Positions 34,961 through 44,741 of a stretch of DNA of 44,741 nt are shown one piece after another. The notes under the pieces are model-generated. The model was not told the DNA's origin. It worked only from the letters and a program-made list of their open reading frames with translations, and ran no database searches. This DNA is from Octopus bimaculoides. Taxonomy: Eukaryota. Positions within the stretch are counted from its first letter, which is position 1. Every line of letters begins with the position of its first letter. The translations under genes and the position numbers were made by a program. The DNA lies in assembly GCF_001194135.2 (NCBI RefSeq), contig NC_068981.1, positions 9,216,576 through 9,261,316 on the forward strand. The letters are read 5' to 3'.

Positions 34961-35254
34961 CNNNNNNNNNNNNNNNNNNNNNNNNNNNNNNNNNNNNNNN
35001 NNNNNNNNNNNNNNNNNNNNNNNNNNNNNNNNNNNNNNNNNNNNNNNNNNNNNNNNNNNNNNNNNNNNNNNNNNNNNNNNNNNNNNNNNNNNNNNNNNNN
35101 NNNNNNNNNNNNNNNNNNNNNNNNNNNNNNNNNNNNNNNNNNNNNNNNNNNNNNNNNNNNNNNNNNNNNNNNNNNNNNNNNNNNNNNNNNNNNNNNNNNN
35201 NNNNNNNNNNNNNNNNNNNNNNNNNNNNNNNNNNNNNNNNNNNAAATTTTTTTT

Positions 35255-35570
35255 GTCTTGCAAGTACTTGGTGACACTGTCAGTGCAGGTGTCGCTTAAA
35301 AGCACCCAATCCACACTGTAAAGTGTTTGGAAGGGCATCCAGCTGTAAAAACCTTGCCAAAACTAACCTTGCCTGTGCTCGTTCCACGAAAAAAGCACCA
35401 AGTCCATTCTGCTGCTGAGTGGTTGGTGTTAGGAAGAGCATCCAGCTGTAAAAATCCTGCCAAAGCAGTTACAGAAGTCTGGTGCAGGCTTCTGCCTGGC
35501 TGGCTCTTGTGAAACTGTCCCACCCATGCTAGCATGGAAGGCAGATGTTAAATGATGATAATAATAATAT
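35255..35570 (+). mobile_element. RTE 3' UTR/tail copy with a duplicated segment
   Basis: ggaag(g/a)gcatccagctgtaaaa occurs twice, followed by a GAT/AAT tail. Confidence 0.7.
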
Positions 35571-36189
35571 GAGGAAACAAAGCCAAATTGTGTGAATTAT
35601 CCAAAACTCCTCTCCCCACGTTCAGAGAAATTTATTTTTACAAATTCTGATGTAATTGGAATTTACATCATCTGAAGCATATATGCAGAAAATTTCATTT
35701 AAAACCAATCATTTTTCAGGAAGTTATGAGGAAACAATGGTGAGGGCACACACTTGTGTAGTTGCTTTTCTGGGTAAATTTATAGGAACACCCCCCCCCC
35801 CTCTTGATTTCTGTGGGGAAGTTTTTTTTTTTTTTTTCTTTTCTTCTTCTGAACATGCCACAAAGGAATTTTTCCCCACTGAAATTAGGAATCATATTTG
35901 TTAACACAAAAAAAGTGGTAAAGAAAACTCTGAGGTTGGGAGTTGAAGGTCATCTTTTAACATTCAACTTTCATTCTGGTAGGGGTTGTGAGGGTTGGCA
36001 AGATCTGACTGATCTGAACACTGCATTGGGCTTTGATGTCTGCTCTGACATGGTTTCTATGGCCAACTACTTAACAAAGTGTACAGGATGCTCTTTTCAT
36101 GGCACCAGCATTAGTGAGGTTGCCATACAACTTGCAAGACATAACATTGTCTTCGATTGAGCGAGTTTACAGTAGAGCTTTATACTAGA

Positions 36190-36850
36190 GATGGGAAGGG
36201 GTAAGAAAAAAGCAGGTTCATTGAAGAGAAGATACATGGCTTCTGAGAAATGGGAGAGTGGATGGGGTGAAAGTGGAAAGAGAGGTAAACAATAGGGGTG
36301 ATGGTGTGTCAGGGTTGACCCTCATATTACAGGGCAAGTAGAAGTGAGTGGGTAGCAGTTACAAGAGTGTATGGGGATTATGAGTGATGGGGTGAGTATG
36401 TAGAAAAAGATGGGTTGAGGAGTGGCTGATGACTGTGGTGATTGGCTTGGTTTGAGAGGTAAAAGTAGAGAATGGTGGGCAAGGATGGATACTTGAAATG
36501 GGAGGAAGCTTGAGGATTAGGTAATGACTGTCAGTGCAGAAGTGGTTGAAGAGAAGCATAAAGTTGACATGAGTGTTTAAGAGAGAAGCAGGCATTGTGT
36601 ATTGAGAGAATGATGTAGAATGGTTGAGAAGGAGAGGAGTTAATTTGGTAGGACAGGTGAGAGAACAATGCAAAATGTGAGTGGAGGGAGACAATGTTAA
36701 GAGAGGTGAGAAAGTTAACTGGTATCACCAAACAACATGATGAAATATGCAGTTCTGAAGGTAATGGAGATGTCAGTGATAAAATAAAGATGGATGGTAG
36801 GGAAGGCTTGAAGGGGGAAATTGTGTATGTGTGTGTGTATTTATACACAT
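36190..36850 (-). repeat. Purine-rich tract (CT-rich on the minus strand), probable PLE remnant
   Basis: Composition only. Confidence 0.3.
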
Positions 36851-37298
36851 TGAGTTTTCAGAAACCCAGTTTCACTAAAATGGGTAGATCTTGAACTCCC
36901 TGTATCTCAGGTCAGTTTGATCATTTGTCAAATCTTCTGTAAGGTCCCAATTCCTGAGTTAATTACGTGACTCAACTTTGGACATTAAGTTCAATGTTGG
37001 ACTTTTTTTCTTTGTTTTAATTCACTAATTTTCCACATCAACTTAATTATCATAACTTTGGCAAGTACAGTGGTGCCTAAGTATCATGTGTCTTCCATAC
37101 TTTGTGAAATGATTAAAATATTAGTTAATGAGCTAATGATTTTGTTTTGTTGTTTTTTTCAACATGTATTGATTTCCAATTAGTTGTTTGAGGACCAGTA
37201 TATTAAATATGTTAACAACACTTGTTTAATATTTTTCCTTCAATTCATTTATATTCATTAATATAGAATTTTATTAACTTTACATAAATGAATTTCAG

Positions 37299-37393
37299 TT
37301 GAAGAGAAAAAACAAGAATTTGATGATAAAATTAGTCTAACATTAAAGAAGATCGACACTTACTGCCATATAGGGATCCAGCAAATACCTAAG
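37299..37393 (+). CDS. CDCA8: Borealin coding exon 2 (FEEKKQEFDDKISLTLKKIDTYCHIGIQQIPK)
   Basis: tttcag| acceptor and AAG|GTGAGA donor, phase compatible. Aligns to recalled human [32 protein letters not shown]. Confidence 0.85.
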
Positions 37394-38119
37394 GTGAGAA
37401 ATTCTTTTATCAATTTTAGAAGTAATTAATAAATAATCAGAATTTTACTACTTGAACAAAAACATTAATAGTCAAAGTTTAGTTGTCAGTAATATATGTG
37501 TGTGTGTGTAAACAATTACAGGTATATCAAGTGCCATATAACAAATTCTGGATTTAATGGAATCATCTCTGCCTCTAGAGGATATGTCATAATTACCATT
37601 GAGGAGGAGGGATAATCTCAAGTATCAAGGATGACCTGCCATTAAGGAAAGGGGCAGACTTATTGTCTGGAAATAAGAGGGCAGTCATGGGCATGTGTTT
37701 CTGGCTCATTAGCAAATATCTAATCTAAGCAAGGGACTTAGACTCATATAAAAAAAAGAATAGAATGCATTTATGTCCTAAGTAATTTACATAATTTATG
37801 TCCTTAGGTAATTTACATAATTTAAACAAAGATGAGCTGAGAGTGGGTCAGTGGCAGAGACAAATACTGGTGTATTAAATACGATACAACATAAATTCTT
37901 GATTTATGAAAATTATTTCTGGCAAGGGATAGTTTAGTGGTTGGGGGGGGGGGGTCAATGTAATGTATGGATGGAAGGAACAATATTGAGAGATGAAGAA
38001 TAGTTAACAAGTGAAATAGTTCTGGATAGCAAGAAGAAAAATAAAGTGATATCAACAGAGAGATAATGGGTGGAGGGGAGGGGGGCGTGAAGAGAAGAAA
38101 GAGATTGAGTGAGGTGTCC

Positions 38120-38630
38120 ATTTATGCACTGGTTTGGTCATATGATGCAGATGGATGCCAACAGCTCCATAAAGAAGTGCTCTCAGAGTAGATGGAACTT
38201 GCGGAAGAGGGAGACTCAGGAAGACATTGGATGAGGTACCGAAGGATGACCTCAGGACACTGAACTTTTCAGATGACATGACAAAAGACCAAGGGACCTG
38301 GCACCTTGCTGTACTCAAGAAGACCTGTCTCCCACGGCAGAAGTGTTAAGGCCCCCCCACCCCTGGTGAAGAGGAAGATTGACCTCTAAGAGTTTTGTGC
38401 TGGTGACACATATAAAGCACTCATTTCAGTGCCATGTAAACACACGTGTACCAGTGCAACATAAAAAGCACCCAGAATACGCTGTAAAGTGGCTGGCATT
38501 AGGAAGGTCATCCAGCTGTAGAAGCCATGCCAAATCAGACTGGAACCTTGTGCAGCTCTGGCCAAACAGTCCAACCTATGCCAACATGGAAAACGGATGT
38601 TAACGGTTTATGATGATGATGATGATATAC
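38120..38630 (+). mobile_element. RTE 3' end and tail
   Basis: WFGHMMQMD..L.VDGTCGRGRLRKTLDEV, followed by the family 3' UTR and (GAT)n. Confidence 0.8.
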
Positions 38631-38659
38631 ACACAGTGGATCCAGAGGTCAGTTTTGCC

Positions 38660-39900
38660 AAGGTGGGCAAGTCTACTCAAAAACCACATATCGCCAGTCA
38701 TTCCAGTCCTTTGTCATCTCCTCCATGAGTGTGAGGGTTCTGAGGTCATCCCATGTCTTCCTTGATCTCCCTCTTTTGCAAGCTCCAGCCACATTAAGTC
38801 ACCAGCACTTCTTTTATACAGTTGTCCTCATCCATACCAGGGAAGTCTTTTTTTCTTGCATACTACATCATTCTTCTTATACCCAGTTTTTCATGCACAC
38901 TTATATTGCATATCTCACAGAGCTTGCTCTTCTCAAATCCTCTGCATCCAAGGCCCATATCTCACTACCTGCACCATTACGGTTCTAGCACAAGTATTAT
39001 ACAATCTACTCCAAGACAGAAGACCTTTGTTGTCAATAGCTCCTTGAACCTTCTACAACCCATTCTTACTCTGGTTACTATACTTTCAGAACAATGAACT
39101 ACTACTTCCACTGAGCTCCTACACCTACTTACTGCTCCAGTGCATCTAGTGCATATGAAGCTCACATTTTCAAATAGCCTGCCTACGATTCGACTACAAC
39201 TCTTGCCCATAACCTATATGGAGTTTATATCTACTCCTTTTTAGCATATTGACCAAGGTCATTTCCTTGAAGATACCAGAGGTCTATCTTTCCTCCTTAT
39301 TAAAAAATTTCATCTTTGCTAAGATCTCTTGGGTTCTAGGTTTAGCTACCATTCTCGGAATTTCCTTTCTAATTCCTTTATAGATTCAGCTATGAGAAAA
39401 TCATCAGCGTACAAGAGTTTCCATGGATAGCCAGTCTTAACCCTTTAGCATCCAGCTTACCCTGTCAAATGTTATGATCATTCATTCGCATTGTTTTGAA
39501 TTAATCTTGTATTATCCTATAGCTTTGAGATTTTGATGTGATTGTTCATTCTTAGAATGACATTGTAAAGTAGATGTGAGAGGCCAGATTTAGCTGCTTT
39601 AAATATAAACAGGTAGAAGATTTTGGCCGGACATGGCTGATGTAAATGCTAAAGGGTTAACTTCTCTGTGATGGCCTATAGGACTCTGATGGATTGGAGA
39701 GGAGTGAGAGCTGAGCCTTGATAAACTCCTAGTTTTGCGCTAAATTCATCACTGAAATCCTTGAATCTCATTTTCTGCATCTTTGCATATGACTTGTAGA
39801 GCCAAAGTAGGATTAGGTACATTGAAGGGAGACAGCCTCATTAAAGATGGTAAGTTAGGCTAATTAAGTCATTTGCCTTTTAAATGATTCCTTTTTTACT
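38660..39900 (-). mobile_element. Degenerate RTE RT region carrying a MITE insertion
   Basis: AITEK(L)KTGYPWKLLYADD reads through across the MITE site. Confidence 0.75.
39437..39660. mobile_element. piggyBac-type MITE (TTAA TSD, 11-bp TIR CCCTTTAGCAT)
   Basis: ttaa|ccctttagcat ... atgctaaaggg|ttaa. Removing it restores the RTE coding continuity. Confidence 0.9.
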
Positions 39901-40571
39901 GACAAAGCTGAAAAAACAGTCCCTCATGTGATCTTTGGTTTCTCATTAAATCATTGTAATAGCAAATGATATTTGACATGATCTGTCAACTCACACTTTT
40001 AATAGACATACACATCACACAAAAAACACAAGAGGCTTAATTCTTGTCCTGATCACCCACTTTTTACCTGAAATATAGCTCAGGCTATTTATTGTCCTAA
40101 TGGTAAATTTTGGGAGTTATATTAATATATTTTTTTGGCTAAATGGGAAGTAAAATGAACATAATATCATAAGAAAACTACAATTGATAATAAAAATCCA
40201 GTTTCATTTTTATATTGACATACAAAGTACACTTAGAACATCCCTCAAAACACTAAGGACAAGATTGTTCTTGCCTATATTCATTTCTGGACAGTGGGTG
40301 GTTTTGTTGGTATTTGTATAACTTTTTACACTTGTTGCACCATTATAGTGGCTCACTATAAAGTGAGAGCAGTGTTGAAATTTTAGCTTGTATGGTTATA
40401 AACTAATTCTGTACACTAGACATTTGGCAAGAAAAATTTCAATTTTAAACAAGCTTCTGAGTGTCTCTTTTATAAAACAATTCCTATATTTTCAACATAA
40501 ATATAGCAATAAATAGCTTAACTGTTCTTAAACTGATCATTTTTCTTAATTTATATCTGTATATTTTTCAG

Positions 40572-40605
40572 ACATTACGGAAAATGAAGTTGCAAGATTT
40601 TATTG
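40572..40605 (+). CDS. CDCA8: Borealin coding exon 3 (34 nt; TLRKMKLQDFI)
   Basis: tttttcag| acceptor and G|GTAAGC donor. Aligns to recalled human ALREMNWLDYF. Confidence 0.82.
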
Positions 40606-40654
40606 GTAAGCTTACTTTGTTTGTAAAATAATAATTTATAGATATATACAGATC

Positions 40655-40800
40655 TAGGCATGGCTTTGTGGTTAATAAGTTTGCTTTGGTTGTAGCCCCA
40701 TGGTTCCAAGTCCAATTTTACCGCACAACACTTTGGGTAAATATCTCGACAAGAGTAAAGGTTCCTCTCAATGCTATGTTGTCTCTGCTTGTTCATCAAC
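40655..40800 (+). mobile_element. tRNA-derived SINE, degenerate
   Basis: ggcatggct.tgtgg.taa.aagtttgct...ggttcc..gtcc head. Confidence 0.6.
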
Positions 40801-41371
40801 CACTTTACAGAGGGTTCTAGGGTGCATTTTATTATGATACCTGCACTATGATGTACTTACTTGTTTGCTCAAGACATAGTTTGAGAGAACAAGTAGTAAG
40901 AACTCAATGACAAAAGAAGTGTGCTAGGTAGGTGACAGCAGGAGCAAGGGTCTGCTGGTAGAAGCAATAGAAGAAATATTGGATACTAGCAGACATGGAC
41001 AATGATCATATTAAGTAAAAGAAGGGTCTAAAGAGATCCAACACATAGGCTTAATGGTGGATGACAAAGTGATAAAGAGGGAAGTAAGGAGAGTGAATAT
41101 GTGTTGGTTCCTTACCAGACTCCACTACATGAGCAGCATGATATGATAGAGAGGAGAGAGACAGGTTCAATGCCATTACTGGTTAATGTGCTACAGGGGA
41201 ATAGAAGAGATCTGGCAAAGTACTGAAGACAAGAGAACCGAAAGAGTACCAAAGAGGCAGCAAATGTAGATGTGTCTTAGCTTCCATCATTACCACTGGT
41301 TCTTAAGGTTCGTTTTGTCATGTTTGCATAGGTAAGTGAGTCTTCTCCAGCATTGCATGTTGTCTTAGTTC

Positions 41372-41655
41372 TTTGTCATTGCCGCTGAGACTCTGGCTTG
41401 TGTACGAACCGCCATGCTACATGGCAGTGAAACTTGAGCCGTGACTGCTGAGGACATGCGTAAGCTTGCAAGAAACGAGTGACACGTAAAAGCACTCACT
41501 ACACTCTCGGAGTGCTTGGTGTTAGGAAGGGCATCCAGCTGTAGAAACTTTGCCAGATCAGATTGAACCTTGTGCAGCCTCTGGCTCACCAGTCCTCAGT
41601 CAAACTGTCCAACCCATGCCAGCATGGAAAGCGGACGTTAAATGATGATGATATA
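41372..41655 (+). mobile_element. Internally deleted RTE copy (AMLHGSET joined directly to the 3' UTR)
   Basis: gcaagaaacga|gtgacacgtaaaagcac junction, followed by a GAT tail. Confidence 0.75.
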
Positions 41656-42114
41656 TATATGCACATACACATACATGTCCTTATCTTACCATACCTTCTG
41701 AACAACCTCATAGGCCTGCCGTACCTCATCTTTAACACCTCCACTCTTGTTCATTACTCACTACATTCATCTTTAGCCCAATCTCTAACCATGTCAATCT
41801 CTTATGAAATTACCTACCCTTTCCTACCCCATCTGACCAACTATCTATACTCCCCGTCTTATACTTTGACAGTATGCTCTGACACCCTGTCACCAACATT
41901 TTTATCTTCTTTCCAGCTACCCTCACATAGTGTAGGATAGTCATATAGCTCTTCTATAGCAAAATGTCTGTGCTTGTCACTTCCATCGTACTTCCAAAAT
42001 GTGGACATAAAAACAAATATTTGTGTTCCTTAAATACTCTAAATTTTATAAAGAACCCTCAATGTATATGTTTTTATTGTAAAATGGAAGTAATGAAATG
42101 GTAATATTTGCATT

Positions 42115-42270
42115 GTGTGTTATCATTTAACATTGATTCTCCATGCTGGCATAGGTTGCATGGTTTGACAGAATCCATACCAGATTCCAACTGTCTGTTT
42201 TGGCATGGTTTCTACAGCTGGATGCCCTTCTTAACGTCAACCACTTTATAGTGTGTACTCGGTGCTTTTT
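42115..42270 (-). mobile_element. RTE 3' UTR/tail copy
   Basis: Family motifs. Confidence 0.7.
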
Positions 42271-42543
42271 GTCTTTTTATATCCTTCTGCACTCATTCAC
42301 TTTACAATAGATACACTTTTACAGCCTACTCCAAAAAGACTGTGGTCAGTTTCAAAATATACTTTTTGCTCTGAGGATGAGCAAACTTTTCCAACGTATT
42401 TAAAACAGCTCCAATGAATCTGAGTAAACATCATCACATGACTAAGTAAATCAGTGTATATACACACAATTCACAGACTATATACAAATAAATACAGTAT
42501 TTAATTCTTGGTAGCTTTCAATTCTTGCTATTTAACATTTCAG

Positions 42544-42628
42544 CTGCTGGTGGGACATTTGAAAGTGCTCTTCAGTACCTCACAATGGAAAAAGAGAACA
42601 CAGTTGATGAAAATGTTGTTGGATCCCT
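42544..42628 (+). CDS. CDCA8: Borealin coding exon 4 (AAGGTFESALQYLTMEKENTVDENVVGS)
   Basis: tttcag| acceptor and CT|GTAAGT donor, phases consistent. AGG...AL resembles recalled human ALGGNKQAL. Confidence 0.78.
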
Positions 42629-42689
42629 GTAAGTATCTTTTACTTGTTTCGGTCATTAAAATGCTGCCATGCTGGAGCATCAATATGAA

Positions 42690-42990
42690 GAACACCTATT
42701 TTTTAAAGCTTGGTACTTATTATATTGGTTTCTTTTGCTGAACTGCTATGTCACAGGGACATAAACACACCAACACCAGTTGCTCAGTGGTGGTGGGGGA
42801 CAAACAAAGGTGTATACACACACACACACACACACACAATGTGCTTCTTTCAGTTTTCAACTACCAAATTCAAGCTTTTGGTTGGCTCAAGGCTATAGTT
42901 AAAGACACTTGCCCAAGTTTCCATGCAGTGGAACTGAACCTGAAACCTTGTGGTTGGGGACCAAACTTCTTACCCTACAGCCATGCCTAT
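42690..42990 (-). mobile_element. tRNA-derived SINE with internal (TG)n
   Basis: A-box-like tggctgtagggt and B-box-like ggttcagttcc on the minus strand. Confidence 0.7.
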
Positions 42991-43407
42991 AGTATTTCAG
43001 ATTATTTTTTTAAATTGCATTTTTCTTGTGTGTTAAAACATTGAAATATCGTTGGAAGACTTGGGGTCCCAGTGATAAATACACAACAAGGGAAACCTCT
43101 TCATTTCCCCCTTTTCCCCTCATTGTTTTATTCACTTTCTTATTTGCTTTAGGTGTGTCTCCTGGTTGTTAGAGTGGGTGCACTGTATCCCCACACATCA
43201 TGAAAGGTGACTGTTAGGGTTGGTGTCAAGTAGAGTATCTTATCTATAAAACACTGCCTTAAAAAATCCTGTCCAACCCATGCTTGCATGGAAAAGCATG
43301 GGTGATGTGTGCACAGCCCTGAGAAAATGTAGAAACATTTGCTGTTAAAGTCTTGTTTCCTTGTCACAAAAATTGTTTTTTTCCTTATATCAAACTTTTC
43401 TTTCCAG

Positions 43408-43462
43408 AAATGCCATTGCTTGTGGTGAGAAAGCTTCCAAAAATCAACTTTATAATGATCCA
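43408..43462 (+). CDS. CDCA8: Probable Borealin coding exon 5 (LNAIACGEKASKNQLYNDP); gene continues beyond the window
   Basis: cttttctttccag| acceptor and CCA|GTAAGT donor. Open and in phase with exon 4. Lies in the divergent linker, so there is no homology support. Confidence 0.65.
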
Positions 43463-43509
43463 GTAAGTATTTTTAATTTCCACCAGTTTTTACTTGGCAA
43501 TGTATTTGA

Positions 43510-43985
43510 ACATGTCATCATTGTTATTGTTATTGAGTGAAAGAGCAGCACCTACCATCAAAGTGATGCTGAGGTACAAATGTACGAAGCCCAGTGTACC
43601 CATCACAACTGTTTGTCTATTAAGGGTACACCAGGCACATGCATCACAACCATATGTGTGCAACATGACCTTGCAGGTGGAACCCAATTAGAATCTTCTT
43701 CGGGTCAAGTAGTTTGTCTTGCTTAACAAATGTCTGCATAAGGGTTGCTTTAGGATGATGAACTAAACACCCATGTTTCCTGAGATGAATTATTCAAACC
43801 CCAAAGAATTCCTCTCAACACATGGCTATGATGCTCCCCCACTACTTCTGCTCGTGATCACAGATGCACATATCGTCAGCCACCAAGGGACATACTCAAC
43901 TGGTTACAGTCAAGCAGCTGACAGGCAAATCTGTGGTATTGAGCAGAATATTTGCTCTCTAGTCCATCTTTTACGGAAAGAGAAA
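43510..43985. mobile_element. Unclassified interspersed repeat (copy 2)
   Basis: Matches 27445-27730. (TTA)-like tail at about 43515. Confidence 0.75.
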
Positions 43986-44514
43986 ACAATGTACATGTTA
44001 ACACTTCCAATCAGTTTAAGATGAGAAGCCATGAGAGCCACTGCCTGGTACACTGCATCAGGCCAACTGTTGTTATTATAAAGAACCATTGCTATGCTTG
44101 ACTGCATTTTCTTTACATTCTGAGGTTGACTTAACCTTTCATCCTTTAAGAGTCAATAAAATAAGTACCAGTTGTACAATGAGGTGGGGGTCACAATGTA
44201 ATTGGCTTACTCTGTCCCCTGAACTTGCTGGCCTTGTGCCAAAATTTGAAACCATTATTTTTACTACAACAAGCAGGCCAGGCGTTCACAGTGCTTTCTT
44301 TTGGCATTGCTTTTGTTGATCAAAACACACATATTATAATATCCTCTGTAGATGCCTCATCAACTTTGCTAGGCCATCTAAATATGGAATGCTATTATGT
44401 GGATCTCTCACTATAGTTTAAGGGTAGGAAGAGCAACCAAAGCAGAATGGATGCCAATTGATAAGGGAAACCATTTGTGCACTACAGGGAAACATATACA
44501 TATATACACACATA

Positions 44515-44741
44515 TCATCATCATCATCATCATCGTTTAACGTCCGCTTTCCATGCTAGCATGGGTTGGACGATTTGACTGAGGACTGGTGAAACCGGAT
44601 GGCAACACCAGGCTCCAGTCTGATTTGGCAGAGTTTCTACAGCTGGATGCCCTTCCTAACGCCAACCACTCAGAGAGTGTAGTGGGTGCTTTTACGTGTC
44701 ACCCGCACGAAAACGGCCACGCTCGAAATGGTGTCTTTTAT
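44515..44741 (-). mobile_element. Young RTE 3' UTR with (GAT)n tail, truncated by the window edge
   Basis: By eye, identical to the reverse complement of 18377-18600. Confidence 0.92.

Noticed and set aside
42900-42990. tRNA gene
   Set aside because: A/B-box-like head without a cloverleaf, continuing into a SINE body.

Overview
AT-rich, gapped, repeat-dense eukaryotic DNA, very likely from a coleoid cephalopod (Octopus-type RTE LINE tails ending in (GAT)n, tRNA-derived SINEs, microsatellites); the taxon is inferred from repeat content only. It holds two spliced protein-coding genes arranged head-to-head. On the minus strand is a complete C1orf109/AIRIM orthologue (4 coding exons, 23745 to 14905, 200 aa). 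On the plus strand is the 5' part of Borealin/CDCA8 (5 coding exons, 31383 to 43462, continuing past the window). The same divergent pair exists in human. Between them lies a compact promoter with an inverted CCAAT box and an exactly spaced CDE/CHR-like element. AIRIM coding intron 2 is a minor-spliceosome (U12) intron (5' ATATCCTT, branch TTCCTTAAC) whose only in-frame 3' end near the branch point is a non-canonical AA. The rest is degenerate transposons: RTE, R4/Dong-like RLE and CR1-like LINEs, Penelope-like elements (PLEs) with hammerhead-ribozyme-like motifs, SINEs, and piggyBac- and hAT-type MITEs, plus several long palindromes. Protein identifications rest on recalled human sequences, not a database search. 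TE boundaries are approximate. N gaps: 2797-3606, 21789-22114, 29207-29679, 33964-34052, 34962-35243, plus two short ones near 6330 and 18365.
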